Assembly (NCBI GenBank): GCA_965247115.1
Contig: CBDFGR010000003.1
Coordinates: 320,001 to 384,000 of the forward strand
Length of the DNA stretch: 64,000 bases
Origin: Myxococcota bacterium
GTDB taxonomy: Bacteria; Myxococcota_A; UBA9160; SZUA-336
Reading direction: 5' to 3'
Part shown: piece by piece, positions 36,845 through 46,373 of the stretch
Numbering within the stretch: position 1 is the first letter of the stretch
Layout: the number at the start of each line of letters is the position of its first letter
Translations under genes and position numbers: made by a program
The notes under the pieces: generated by a model
What the model was told of the DNA's origin: nothing
Database searches by the model: none
The model's input: only the letters and a program-made list of their open reading frames with translations

Positions 36845-37229
36845 ATCCCTAAGGAGCGCTTCTTCTACGCTGCCGTTCCCGCTGAGGACAGCACCACTCA
36901 CCAGGAGAGCCGCCCGGCACTCCCCCATCCCGTGTGTTGTCGCCGCTCAAGGGAGTCGCGCACCGACCATGCGAGAGCTGAGCGCCTTCACCGACCGCTG
37001 GTCCGCTTGGGTCAGGGCCGCTCGATCTGGTTCGGAGCCGACGCGATGACCTTCCTCCGAGGCGTCGCGGTCGGCCTCGACTCCGCAGGCAAGCGCGACT
37101 AGCGCGCCGATGATCGAGGGCTCCCGTCACGCCCTCGCTGCACTAAGCGGAAACCACGCCAAGGAGATACACCATGAAGACTCTTTCACTCATCGCTCTC
37201 GCGGCGTTGCTCCTAGCCCCAGATGCAGA

Positions 37230-37844
37230 GGCTCCAAACAGATCATGGAGAAGAACAGCATCGCGACCGAGCTGCTGCGGCCCGTGGACTACGAGATCGC
37301 GTACGGAGTCCAGCCCGACATGAAAGAGCACGGATGGAAGGAGGACGCCTGGCCCGAAATCCTCGAGAATGTGATGGCGGCCGATATCCTCGTGATCGGC
37401 ACATCGATCTGGCTCGGCGAGAAGACCTCCGTTTGCACCAAGGTGATCGAGAGACTGTACGCGGCCTCGCATCTGCTGAACGAGCAAGGTCAATACGCCT
37501 ACTACGGCGGGGTCGGGGGTGCGCTCATCACGGGCAACGAGGATGACGCCAAGCACTGCGCCATGAACATCCTCTACTCGCTCCAGCACCTGGGCTACAC
37601 GATCCCACCCCAGGCGGACGCTGACTGGCTCGGCGAGGCCGGTCCCGGCCCCTCCTATCTCGACACAGGCTCGGGCGGCCCTGAGAACGACTTCACGAAT
37701 CGCAACACTACGTTCATGACCTGGAACCTGATTCATATGGCGCGGATGTTGAAGGACGCCGGCGGAATCCCCGCGCACGGCAACCAACGCTCCGAGTGGG
37801 ACGCGGGCTGCCGCTTCGATTTCGATAACCCCGCATACCGCTAG
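37230..37844 (+). pseudogene. 5'-truncated flavodoxin-family (NADPH-dependent FMN reductase-like) gene
   Basis: ADILVIGTSIWLG, ITGNED, NDFTNRNTTFMTWNL, PAHGNQR; the N-terminal strand/FMN-phosphate loop is missing and an unrelated signal-peptide start (ATG 37174, other frame) lies upstream. Confidence 0.72.
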
Positions 37845-37920
37845 GCCGACGCGAGAGGAATCTGTCATGCACCCCATGAAGACGACGCATCAGTCCATCC
37901 CGACCTAAACTGAGGCCACC

Positions 37921-38020
37921 GTGGAGCCCTCCTCGATCGCCGTAATCGCCCTGGCGGTCTGTCTCTTCGCCGCGTTCTCCAAGAAAGCCGAGCGCAATCC
38001 CCCCCCAGACGATCTTCGGG
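37921..38020 (+). pseudogene. Possible 5' remnant of a membrane transporter gene
   Basis: VEPSSIAVIALAVCLFAAFSKKAER.. resembles the first helix of cation:proton antiporters; no continuation. Confidence 0.25.
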
Positions 38021-38172
38021 TGGTCTACCCCCATTAGCGGCGATTCGGGAAGCACTCCCCGTAGGTCAGCTTCCTGTCGGTGGGTCGAGGGTCGTGCTGC
38101 GCTACGCGACCAAGGATCCCCGGCCGCGTGTGCACGTGTGCATGTGCGCCTTGGGGGATACACGCCCCCCGC

Positions 38173-38274
38173 TCAGAGCGGGCAACTCGCGCAGCGGATC
38201 GGGAAGGCACTCGCGCCCTCTAGGCAGAACTTGGCGTGGTCGGGGTTCTCGTGGCCGCAGCTCGGGCAGTTCAC
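38173..38274 (-). pseudogene. Double-zinc-ribbon N-terminal fragment
   Basis: MNCPSCGHENPDHAKFCLEGASAFPIRCASCPL*, the usual N-terminus of large cyclase/AAA-ATPase proteins, truncated and with one Cys replaced. Confidence 0.7.
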
Positions 38275-38311
38275 ACGCTCATTCTACCGCTGACACAGTC
38301 AAGGTACTGGC

Positions 38312-39094
38312 GTAGCTCCAACGCTGAGTTAGACGGCCTGTTGTCTATCTGCGTCAGCACTGCGTCGCCACAGCAGAACCCCGACAGCGAACATCCAGAC
38401 AAGAAGCACGCTGCTGGAGGGCATACTCACCAGCATTGCCAGACTGGAGAAACCGCTGTGCGCCATGATGACTCCGGCCAGAACCGTCGGAGCACCCCCC
38501 AGCACAGCGAGTCCCGCTACCCACTTTGGGTATAGGTTTCGACTCCACATTGCCGTTCCGTACAGAGTAGCCGTGGACCCGAACAGCAGACTCATGACAC
38601 TGGCGAGCCCTATTTCGACCTGTCGGACGCCAAACGTGGCCTGAAACAGAGCACTCTTCTTCGAAGCTTCCGCTGCCCAAGCGTCAACCATCAATTTGAG
38701 GGCGATGCCGTCTACAGACTGCAGAGCAGCGGCCACCGCCAGGCTCGCTATCGCACCGCCCGATGCAATTCGTGCCACCGCGGCACCGCCTGTCGACTCT
38801 AGCTGCGCCGAGACGACGATTAGTGCGGCAACTATGAGGGCCACGCCCGCCAGTTGAGTGAGATGGCTGGCGACCCAGTTCTGGTCTGCAGCGTACTCTA
38901 CGAACGCAGCGAGGGGATCGTTCGGGTCTGCCTGCATTGGATGCAAGTACGTCCCAACGAAGAGGAGCACAGCACCGAGCACTGCGCACACGGCGCCAAT
39001 CCTCAGATCGCTGCGCTTCACGCCGACGTTCCAGTACCGTGCTTCGTAAGTGGCGGTCTAACTCGCACTAGACAATTTGTTGTGTCCACATATC
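38312..39094 (-). mobile_element. Integron-type gene cassette remnant (core site, ORF, truncated attC)
   Basis: Minus strand GTTAGAC (39062-56) before the ORF; complementary GTCTAAC (38334-28) containing the stop, followed by TCAGCG-TTGGAGCT; right half of attC not found. Confidence 0.6.
38329..39021 (-). CDS. Hypothetical integral membrane protein (cassette cargo)
   Basis: 230 aa, about six hydrophobic segments, LHP and SVDG motifs, more A/T-ending codons than neighbours. Confidence 0.75.
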   Translation of the reverse strand: MKRSDLRIGAVCAVLGAVLLFVGTYLHPMQADPNDPLAAFVEYAADQNWVASHLTQLAGVALIVAALIVVSAQLESTGGAAVARIASGGAIASLAVAAALQSVDGIALKLMVDAWAAEASKKSALFQATFGVRQVEIGLASVMSLLFGSTATLYGTAMWSRNLYPKWVAGLAVLGGAPTVLAGVIMAHSGFSSLAMLVSMPSSSVLLVWMFAVGVLLWRRSADADRQQAV

Positions 39095-39123
39095 AGCCGG
39101 TGGTGGCGAGGGTCGGTCACCGA

Positions 39124-39825
39124 CTAGCCTTCCGGGAACCCGATGCGGCGCAGCAGGTCCTGGAAGCGGGGGTCGGGGCGCATAGGGTGGAAGGCGGGAT
39201 TCCACAGAATTGAGGGTATCGGGGAGCGCTCCTCGTAGGCTCGTTCGAGCCACTCGAAGGCGTGCTCCGTCTCTCCGAGGGCTGCCCACGCCTCCGCAAC
39301 GCGGAACGGGCTGACGTAGCGCTCATCCGAGAGTTCGATCGCCTCGCGCAGCTCCACCTCTGCCTCCGCGGTCTCGCCGACCAGGGCGCGACGGGCGGCC
39401 ACGGACGGCGATGGGCGTGGGTAGATCGTTTCCATCTCTCGCACCTGGGCGACAGCCTCGGCCTCTCGCTCGAGGTCCAGATAGATCCGAAACAGAAAGA
39501 TGTGGGGCAGTAGCGTATCGGGGTAGAGCCCCACAGTCTGGGAAAGCTGCTCGAGCGCGTCGAGCACGGCGATCGCGTCTCCGGCCATGTCCGGGATCGT
39601 GTACGGGTCCTTCTCGTAGTCGATCCAGGTCGAGAGCCCGATGTCGCGATTGTCGTATCGCACCACGCGGTAGCCGGCTTTGAGTAGCGGCTCGTAGAAG
39701 TAGGGCTCCCAGAACACGGCCTGATCCGTTGCGCCCGCCACCAGCAGCACCGTCGAATGGGCCGGATCCCCGAAATCCTCGAACCAGAGCTCAACGTCGC
39801 CGTTGCGGACTCTTCCTTCGCTCAT
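39124..39825 (-). pseudogene. In-frame chimera: alpha/beta-hydrolase N-terminus plus TPR-protein C-terminus
   Basis: ELWFEDFGDP...VVRYDNRDIGLS...DMAGDAIAVLDAL stops before any GxSxG, then ..AALGETEHAFEWLERAYEER..DPRFQDLLRRIGF. Confidence 0.72.
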
Positions 39826-40024
39826 GCTCGCCTCCCTGGCTTCCGCGCCTCCTGAGGGCCTCGAGACCCCCATTTTACCCACTCGTCGCGCGGCATCGCC
39901 GGAGCCCAATCCGCAATTTTCTCGCCTCTCGCTCGTATAGGAGAGTAAGGAGCCGGCGGGGCAGTGAGACCGCTCCAATCGTCGCGCGAGGAGGTACGTC
40001 ATCCGAATGCTCTCGTCGGTTGTC

Positions 40025-40741
40025 ATGAGCGAGCTGGCCGGGGACGCGGTCTCCTGCTCGCCCTGCGGATCGACGCGCCTGCAGGGCGGACTAGCTACGC
40101 TCTCGGGGAGGCTGCATGGGAGGACCGGCTTCGAGGCGGATGACCAGGCAACCAGGGCAATCGTCGAACGTGCGCTTGCCGGCGATGGCGAGGCGTTCGC
40201 CACGCTGTTTCGCGAGTACGACCGGGACGTACGCCGCGTCTGTCGGCGAATGCTCGGCGATTCGCAATCGGCCGAGGATGCCGTGAGTGAGGTGTTCCTT
40301 CGCGCCCGTCGTGCCCTTGGAGGGTTCGAAGCGGATCGGCCTTTTCGGCCGTGGCTGATCGCGATTGCCGGGCACTACTGCATTGACCTGCTCCGGCGGC
40401 GCACTTCCGAGGCGCGCGTCTTCTCGGAGAACGAACCTCAGGAGTCGGATCTGGAATCACCAGGGCCGTCTCCTCTTGGCCGTTTGGTGGCGGCCGAGCA
40501 GCGGCAGGCGCTGGGACGGGCGATCGAATCGCTGCCACCTCGGTATCGGCTCCCGCTCCTGCTCCGCTACTTCGACGACATGGACTACGAGGCGATCGCG
40601 AAGTCCATCGGCGTGACACGGAACCAGGTCGGAACGCTGCTGTTTCGCGCGAAGCGCCTGCTTCGGGAGAAGATCGGGGCCGGGGCGAGTGAGCCGGCAG
40701 CGCGCCAGCGACGTCACTCACGGGCTGGGAGGAAGAAATGA
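40025..40741 (+). CDS. ECF sigma-70 factor
   Basis: AGDGEAF, AEDAVSEVF, FRPWLIAIA, LPPRYR, YEAIA...VGTLLFRAK; start uncertain. Confidence 0.92.
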   Translation: MSELAGDAVSCSPCGSTRLQGGLATLSGRLHGRTGFEADDQATRAIVERALAGDGEAFATLFREYDRDVRRVCRRMLGDSQSAEDAVSEVFLRARRALGGFEADRPFRPWLIAIAGHYCIDLLRRRTSEARVFSENEPQESDLESPGPSPLGRLVAAEQRQALGRAIESLPPRYRLPLLLRYFDDMDYEAIAKSIGVTRNQVGTLLFRAKRLLREKIGAGASEPAARQRRHSRAGRKK

Positions 40742-42405
40742 CCGATTGCCTTCCCCAGGAGACGTACTCGGTCTACGTAGACGGTGAGCTGTCGGCCGAA
40801 GATGTCCGCGCTGTGGAGTCCCACCTCGCGGGATGCGCGATCTGCCGAGGACTGATCCTCGCGTTGCGCGATGAAGGGACAGCCATCGCGAACACGTTGC
40901 TCGAACGCCATCGCGAAGTGGTCTCACGCGCACCGGCACATGCTCGCGCAAAGGGTCTCGCGATCGGTCTGGGTCCGACCTTGGGTGTCGCGGCCCTCGT
41001 GGTCGCGGCATTGGGCTGGTTGATGGAGACTCGCCTGCCGGCCGGCGCCAGCTGGTTGAATCCGATGGAGCTGATTGGAGTGTATGAGATGACGTTCGAC
41101 ATGGTCTTCCTGTTGCGCGACCGCGCGCCGGCGCTCTTCGATTTCACCATCTGGCTCGGGGGGAATGTGAGCGCCGCCGCGATCCTCATCTTCCTTGTGA
41201 GCGCGCTCGGCAGACGAGTCACCGGAACGACCGCACTGCTGGGTTTCGTGTGGGCATCCCTACTCGCCAGCCCGCAGGCCGCCACTGCGCTGGAGCTCCG
41301 GACGGGCGAGGGAGATGTGCGGGTCGCGGCCGGTGAGACCATCGAAGAGAGTCTCTTCATCTCCGGCGAGATCGTAACGATCGATGGAACGATCGACGGC
41401 GACCTGGCGGCCTTCGGCGAACGGATCGTTCTCCGCGGCGTCATCCGCGGCAACGTCTTCACCGCGGGCCGCGAGGTGGAGGTCTTCGGAACGATCGAAG
41501 GGTCGCTCTTCGCCGCCGGTGAGCGCGTGACGATCGAGGGCGAGCTGCAGCAGAGCGTCTATGGTGCTGCCGAGACTCTCACCTTGCACGAACGCGGAAC
41601 CGTTGGCCGCGATGCCTTCCTTGTCGGTGACTCGGTTCACGCGGACGGGAGCACGGGAAGAGATCTCTTCTCGGCGGCTGAGCGCGCCGAGATTCGCGGC
41701 ACCGTCGGTCGCGACGCACTGGCGATCGGCGACCGCCTGGCAATTCACGACAGCGCGAGCATCACCGGCAATCTGCACTACGAGCTCGGAAAGGGTGACG
41801 AGCCAGAGATCGCGCCAGGTGCGCGAATCGGCGGTGAAACCACCTCGGGGGAGCTCATGCACGAAGAAGAGCGCAGGAACCGCTGGCTCGATGGCCGAAC
41901 CTACCTGAAATTCGCTGTATTCCTGGCCGCCGTCTTCCTGGCCGGAATGCTCCTCCACCGGCTTCTCCCTGACCTCTTTTCCGCCGACCTCGAGAGCTCC
42001 CCCGACTTCTTCCGCGCGCTGGGTTACGGCGCAATCGCGCTGATAGGCACCCCCATCGCGCTCATCCTCTGCTTGATCACCGTCGTCGGCATCCCCATCG
42101 GCGTCATCGGCTTCTTCCTCTACCTGACGAGCCTCTTCGTCTCCATCATCGTTGTCGCCTCCCTCGTCGGCACCTCCATCACGGCAACGCTTGGCTTCGA
42201 GCCAGAAAACACCGGCTTTGGAATGTCACTCCTCGTTGGACTCGTCGTGGTGCTGGTCGGGTTGAACCTACCGTTCGTGGGCGAGCTACTGGGTCTGCTG
42301 GTGGTGGTGACCGGGCTGGGGCTGCTCGTCGCTGCCGTGATGAGCGGTTGGCACGGAAGGGAAGAGGACATGTACGGCGCCGACAGTGAAATTCGAAACC
42401 CGTGA
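40738..42405 (+). CDS. zf-HC2 anti-sigma factor fused to bactofilin-like beta-helix repeats and a multi-TM C-terminus
   Basis: YVDGEL...HLAGCAIC; repeated (V/I)xIxGxIxG(D/N/S) units; hydrophobic C-terminal helices; ATGA overlap with the sigma gene. Confidence 0.82.
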   Translation: MTDCLPQETYSVYVDGELSAEDVRAVESHLAGCAICRGLILALRDEGTAIANTLLERHREVVSRAPAHARAKGLAIGLGPTLGVAALVVAALGWLMETRLPAGASWLNPMELIGVYEMTFDMVFLLRDRAPALFDFTIWLGGNVSAAAILIFLVSALGRRVTGTTALLGFVWASLLASPQAATALELRTGEGDVRVAAGETIEESLFISGEIVTIDGTIDGDLAAFGERIVLRGVIRGNVFTAGREVEVFGTIEGSLFAAGERVTIEGELQQSVYGAAETLTLHERGTVGRDAFLVGDSVHADGSTGRDLFSAAERAEIRGTVGRDALAIGDRLAIHDSASITGNLHYELGKGDEPEIAPGARIGGETTSGELMHEEERRNRWLDGRTYLKFAVFLAAVFLAGMLLHRLLPDLFSADLESSPDFFRALGYGAIALIGTPIALILCLITVVGIPIGVIGFFLYLTSLFVSIIVVASLVGTSITATLGFEPENTGFGMSLLVGLVVVLVGLNLPFVGELLGLLVVVTGLGLLVAAVMSGWHGREEDMYGADSEIRNP

Positions 42406-42421
42406 CCCAAGGAGTTGGAAC

Positions 42422-43393
42422 ATGTACAGACGAATCATCTTGTCGCTCTGCATCTTCGTCCTTGCGCTGGCACCGAGCGCATGTATCTCCGTCGATATGC
42501 AGGACATTGTTTCACCGTCATTGAAGGAGCATGAGATAAGTCGCGACAGCTCCTTCACCAGGAACAAGATCCTGGTCGTCAATATCAGCGGGCTCATTCG
42601 TTCCGGACAAGACCGTGGTCTGTTTGTCCGACATACGACTCCGAGCTCCATCAAGATGATCCTGAACAAGGCCGCCAGTGACAAGCAGATCAGGGCCGTC
42701 GTTCTTCGTATCGACTCGCCAGGAGGGGAAGTAACCGCGACGGACGTTGTCTATCACGACATCCTGGCATTCAAAGAACAGACAGGGATCCCGGTCTATG
42801 CCTCCATCATGTCTCTTGGCACCTCCGGAGCATATTATGTCGGGACGGCTGCTGACGAGATCTACAGCCATCCCACCAGTATCGTCGGCAGCATTGGCGT
42901 CATTGTGCGTGTCCCGCAGTTCGCCAAGCTTGCCGACAAGATCGGCTACAGCCAGATCATCTTCAAATCGGTAGTGAACAAGGACCTTGGCGATCCCCTG
43001 AGGACCATGCCAAAGGAGCAACAGGTCATCCTTCAGAACACGATTGATTCCATGCACGAACGGTTTCTGGAAGTCGTGGTCAAGAGCCGCTCGGGATACC
43101 AAACCAAGGATGAACTCAGGCCGATTGCGGACGGGAGAATCTACACGCCAGAGGAGGCGCTGCGCATCCGACTGATCGATGGTATTGCCTACCTCGATGA
43201 GGTCATTGCCAAGGCCAAACTCTCAGCCGGTCTGGAGAGTGCGAGAGTCGTTACCTACAACCATAGTGCCGGGCGGGACAGCAACATCTATTCGAAGTTG
43301 CCGATGCAAGTAAACCTGCTCAACGTTGACCTGCGAAGCATATTCGGTGACGGTCTGCCCGGCTTCCACTATCTCTGGATGCCAGCCGACTGA
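42422..43393 (+). CDS. sppA: Signal peptide peptidase SppA (S49), probable lipoprotein
   Basis: LRIDSPGG, GTSGAYY, VGSIGV, KS..NKD, ADGRIYT; N-terminal ..PSAC. Confidence 0.92.
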   Translation: MYRRIILSLCIFVLALAPSACISVDMQDIVSPSLKEHEISRDSSFTRNKILVVNISGLIRSGQDRGLFVRHTTPSSIKMILNKAASDKQIRAVVLRIDSPGGEVTATDVVYHDILAFKEQTGIPVYASIMSLGTSGAYYVGTAADEIYSHPTSIVGSIGVIVRVPQFAKLADKIGYSQIIFKSVVNKDLGDPLRTMPKEQQVILQNTIDSMHERFLEVVVKSRSGYQTKDELRPIADGRIYTPEEALRIRLIDGIAYLDEVIAKAKLSAGLESARVVTYNHSAGRDSNIYSKLPMQVNLLNVDLRSIFGDGLPGFHYLWMPAD

Positions 43394-43462
43394 GGGGCCC
43401 TGAGCAACCGACCGGCCCCGCATGCTGTAGAATGGCGTGCGGAAAGGGGAACGCTGGTCGGG

Positions 43463-44653
43463 ATGATTGTCGGAGTACCTCGGGAGTCGTATCCAGGTGA
43501 GCGCCGGGTCGCGCTCGTGCCAACAGTCGTGCCTGCTCTGGTCAAGGCCGGCCTCGACGTGCGCATCGAGTCCGGCGCCGGCGTGAGCGCCGGTTTCCCC
43601 GATTCGGGCTACGCGTCGCAGGGGGCGCAGCTGATGCCCGACCGTCGGCAGCTGTACTCCGAGGCAGATCTGCTGTTGCAGGTCCACGGTCCCGGGGCAA
43701 GCCCCGAGACGCGGGAGGAGGAGCGGAACCTGTTGCGCCGCGACCAGTTTGTGGTGGGTCTGTTTGACCCCCTCGGTGCGGCCGAAAACGCTCGCGGCCT
43801 GGCCGAAACGGGCATCACCGCCTTTGCTCTGGAGCTCCTTCCGCGCATCAGTCGGGCGCAGCCGATGGATGTCCTGAGCTCCATGGCGACGGTGGCCGGC
43901 TACAAAGCAGTCCTTCTCGCTGCGAGCGAGCTCGGCAAGATGTACCCCATGATGATCACCGCCGCAGGCACCATCACCCCGGCCCGGGTGTTCGTCGTCG
44001 GGGCCGGTGTGGCGGGGCTGCAGGCGATCGCGGCATCGCAGCGACTGGGAGCGGTCGTGCACGCATACGACGTCCGGCCCGCGGTCAAGGAGCAGGTCGA
44101 GAGCCTTGGGGCCAAGTTCGTGGAGATGGAGCTCGAGACGGAGACGAGCGAGGACGCCTCAGGCTATGCGAAGGGAATGGGCGAGGAGTTCTATCGACGC
44201 CAGGGGGAGCTCATGAGCCAGGTGGTCGCCGACAGCGACGTCGTGATCACGACGGCGGCGGTGCCGGGGAAGAAGGCCCCGGTGCTCATCACCGGCGAAA
44301 TGATCGCGAAGATGGCGCCGGGATCGGTCATCGTCGACCTGGCGGCCGAGGGGGGCGGGAACTGCGAGCCAACGCAGGCAGGGCAAACGGTCCAGGTCGA
44401 CGGCGTTGCGATCGTTGGCCCGGTCAATCTACCTTCGACGGTTCCCTTCCACGCGAGTCAGATGTACGCCAAGAACGTGACCGCCTTTGTCGAGAATCTC
44501 GTCAATCAAGGTCACGTCAACCTCGACATGGACGACCCGATCATCAGCGACACACTGCTGACGCAGGGGGGGGAGGTGATGAACGCTCGGGTGCGAGAGC
44601 TTCTCGCACTACCCGGGCCGTCGCCATCGAGCGACGAAAGGAGAAGCTCCTGA
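43463..44653 (+). CDS. pntAA: NAD(P) transhydrogenase alpha subunit, part 1
   Basis: GERRVALVP, PRISRAQ.MDVLSS, GAGVAGLQA, YDVRP, GGNCE, ASQMYAKN. Confidence 0.96.
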   Translation: MIVGVPRESYPGERRVALVPTVVPALVKAGLDVRIESGAGVSAGFPDSGYASQGAQLMPDRRQLYSEADLLLQVHGPGASPETREEERNLLRRDQFVVGLFDPLGAAENARGLAETGITAFALELLPRISRAQPMDVLSSMATVAGYKAVLLAASELGKMYPMMITAAGTITPARVFVVGAGVAGLQAIAASQRLGAVVHAYDVRPAVKEQVESLGAKFVEMELETETSEDASGYAKGMGEEFYRRQGELMSQVVADSDVVITTAAVPGKKAPVLITGEMIAKMAPGSVIVDLAAEGGGNCEPTQAGQTVQVDGVAIVGPVNLPSTVPFHASQMYAKNVTAFVENLVNQGHVNLDMDDPIISDTLLTQGGEVMNARVRELLALPGPSPSSDERRSS

Positions 44654-44955
44654 TGGAGACGTTCGTTGCAGCCCTGACCATCTTCGTGTTGGCGCTCTTT
44701 GTCGGCTTCGAAATCATCACGAAGGTGCCACCACTTCTTCACACCCCGCTCATGTCGGGCGCCAACGCGATCTCCGGCATCACTCTGGTCGGCACGCTCG
44801 TCACCTCGGGCGCCCGTTTTACAGTCGCCACCGAGATTTTCGGATTTCTCGCCGTGGCGATGGCCACGGCCAACGTCGTCGGCGGCTTTCTGGTAACCCA
44901 CCGCATGCTGGCGATGTTCCATCGGGAAGACGAGGATGTCCGGCGCATTCATTAA
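44653..44955 (+). CDS. pntAB: NAD(P) transhydrogenase alpha subunit, part 2
   Basis: KVPPLLHTPLMSGANAISG, NVVGGFLVTHRMLAMF. Confidence 0.96.
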   Translation: METFVAALTIFVLALFVGFEIITKVPPLLHTPLMSGANAISGITLVGTLVTSGARFTVATEIFGFLAVAMATANVVGGFLVTHRMLAMFHREDEDVRRIH

Positions 44956-46339
44956 CTTCTTCTATCTGATCGCCGCGGTCCTCTTCATTCTGGGCCTGAA
45001 GGGACTCACCCATCCGCGGACGGCGGTGCGCGGCAACCTGATGGGTGCCCTCGGCATGCTCATCGCCATCGTCGTCACCCTCACCGATCAGCGCATCGTC
45101 AGCTTTCAGATCATCGTCGCCGGATTTGTCGTCGGGGGTCTGATCGGCGGCGCGATGGCCTACCGCGCACCGATGACCACCATGCCGCAAGTGGTGGCGG
45201 TGTTCAACGGCTTCGGGGGTGGCGCCTCGGCCCTCGCGGTCGGAGCCGCCTTCATCGAGGCGCTGAGCGGAGAATGGATCGAGGAGATCAACGTCCAGTT
45301 CACCAGCGCGGTAGCGATGTCGGGGCTGATCGGCGGTCTCGCCTTCACCGGGAGCGCCATCGCCTTCGCCAAGCTGCAGGGTTTGACTCCGGAGCGGCCC
45401 ATTCTGATGCCGGGGCGACACGCGCTAAATGCCCTTCTCCTTGTGCTCGCTCTTGCCTTCAGCGCGTGGCTGATTGTAGAGCCGGCCTCCTCCCTGCCCT
45501 TCTGGGCGCTCACCGGCACCGCAGCGCTGCTCGGAATCATGCTGGTCATTCCCATCGGCGGTGCCGACATGCCCGTCGTGATCTCGCTACTCAACGCCTA
45601 CTCGGGGCTCGCCGCGGCCGGTCACGGCTGGGTGCTCAACAACAACGTGCTGATCGTCGCCGGCTCCCTGGTCGGAGCCGCGGGCTTCATTCTGACGGTG
45701 CTGATGTGTCGCGCGATGAACCGGTCGATCGGAAACGTCATCTTCGGCGGCGTCGGTGCGGTCGTCGACACCGGGGCAGAGACGGAGGACATCTACGCCG
45801 GGCGTGTGAAGTCGGCGTCGGCCGAAGAGGTCGCGATACTTCTCGACAGTGCTCGGCGGGTCGTCATCGCACCCGGGTACGGGATGGCCGTTGCCCAGGC
45901 CCAGTTCGCGGTCGGCGAGCTGACGAAGCAGCTGGAGGACAAGGGGGTCGAGGTCGACTTCGCGATTCATCCGGTCGCCGGCAGAATGCCCGGGCACATG
46001 AATGTTCTGCTGGCCGATGCGAAGGTACCCTACGACCGGCTCAAGGACATGGACGAGATCAATCCAACGTTCCAGCAGACCGAGGTGGTGCTGGTCATCG
46101 GGGCCAACGATGTCGTCAATCCCATGGCCCGGGAGGCCGACCCCTCGATTCCCATCGCCGGGATGCCGATCCTCAACGTCGACGAGGCGCGCTCCGTCGT
46201 CATCGTCAAGCGCAGCCTGAGTCCCGGATTCGCCGGCATCGCCAATCCCCTCTTCGCCGCCGACAACGCCCTCATGCTCTTCGGCGACGCGAAAAAAGTG
46301 GCGACAGACCTGGTGGCGGCTCTCAAGGCGACGAGCTGA
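44936..46339 (+). CDS. pntB: NAD(P) transhydrogenase beta subunit
   Basis: IGGADMPVVISLLNAYSG, MCRAMNRS, PGYGMAVAQAQ, HPVAGRMPGHMNVLLA, GANDVVNP. Confidence 0.97.
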   Translation: MSGAFINFFYLIAAVLFILGLKGLTHPRTAVRGNLMGALGMLIAIVVTLTDQRIVSFQIIVAGFVVGGLIGGAMAYRAPMTTMPQVVAVFNGFGGGASALAVGAAFIEALSGEWIEEINVQFTSAVAMSGLIGGLAFTGSAIAFAKLQGLTPERPILMPGRHALNALLLVLALAFSAWLIVEPASSLPFWALTGTAALLGIMLVIPIGGADMPVVISLLNAYSGLAAAGHGWVLNNNVLIVAGSLVGAAGFILTVLMCRAMNRSIGNVIFGGVGAVVDTGAETEDIYAGRVKSASAEEVAILLDSARRVVIAPGYGMAVAQAQFAVGELTKQLEDKGVEVDFAIHPVAGRMPGHMNVLLADAKVPYDRLKDMDEINPTFQQTEVVLVIGANDVVNPMAREADPSIPIAGMPILNVDEARSVVIVKRSLSPGFAGIANPLFAADNALMLFGDAKKVATDLVAALKATS

Positions 46340-46373
46340 GCTCGGCCTCCCGCGGCTCGATCGCTCGATGGGT

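Noticed and set aside
40025..40741. ECF sigma as the output of the 4-14 kb partner-switching cluster
   Set aside because: It is ~26 kb away, beyond the tRNA scars, and has its own coupled zinc anti-sigma factor.
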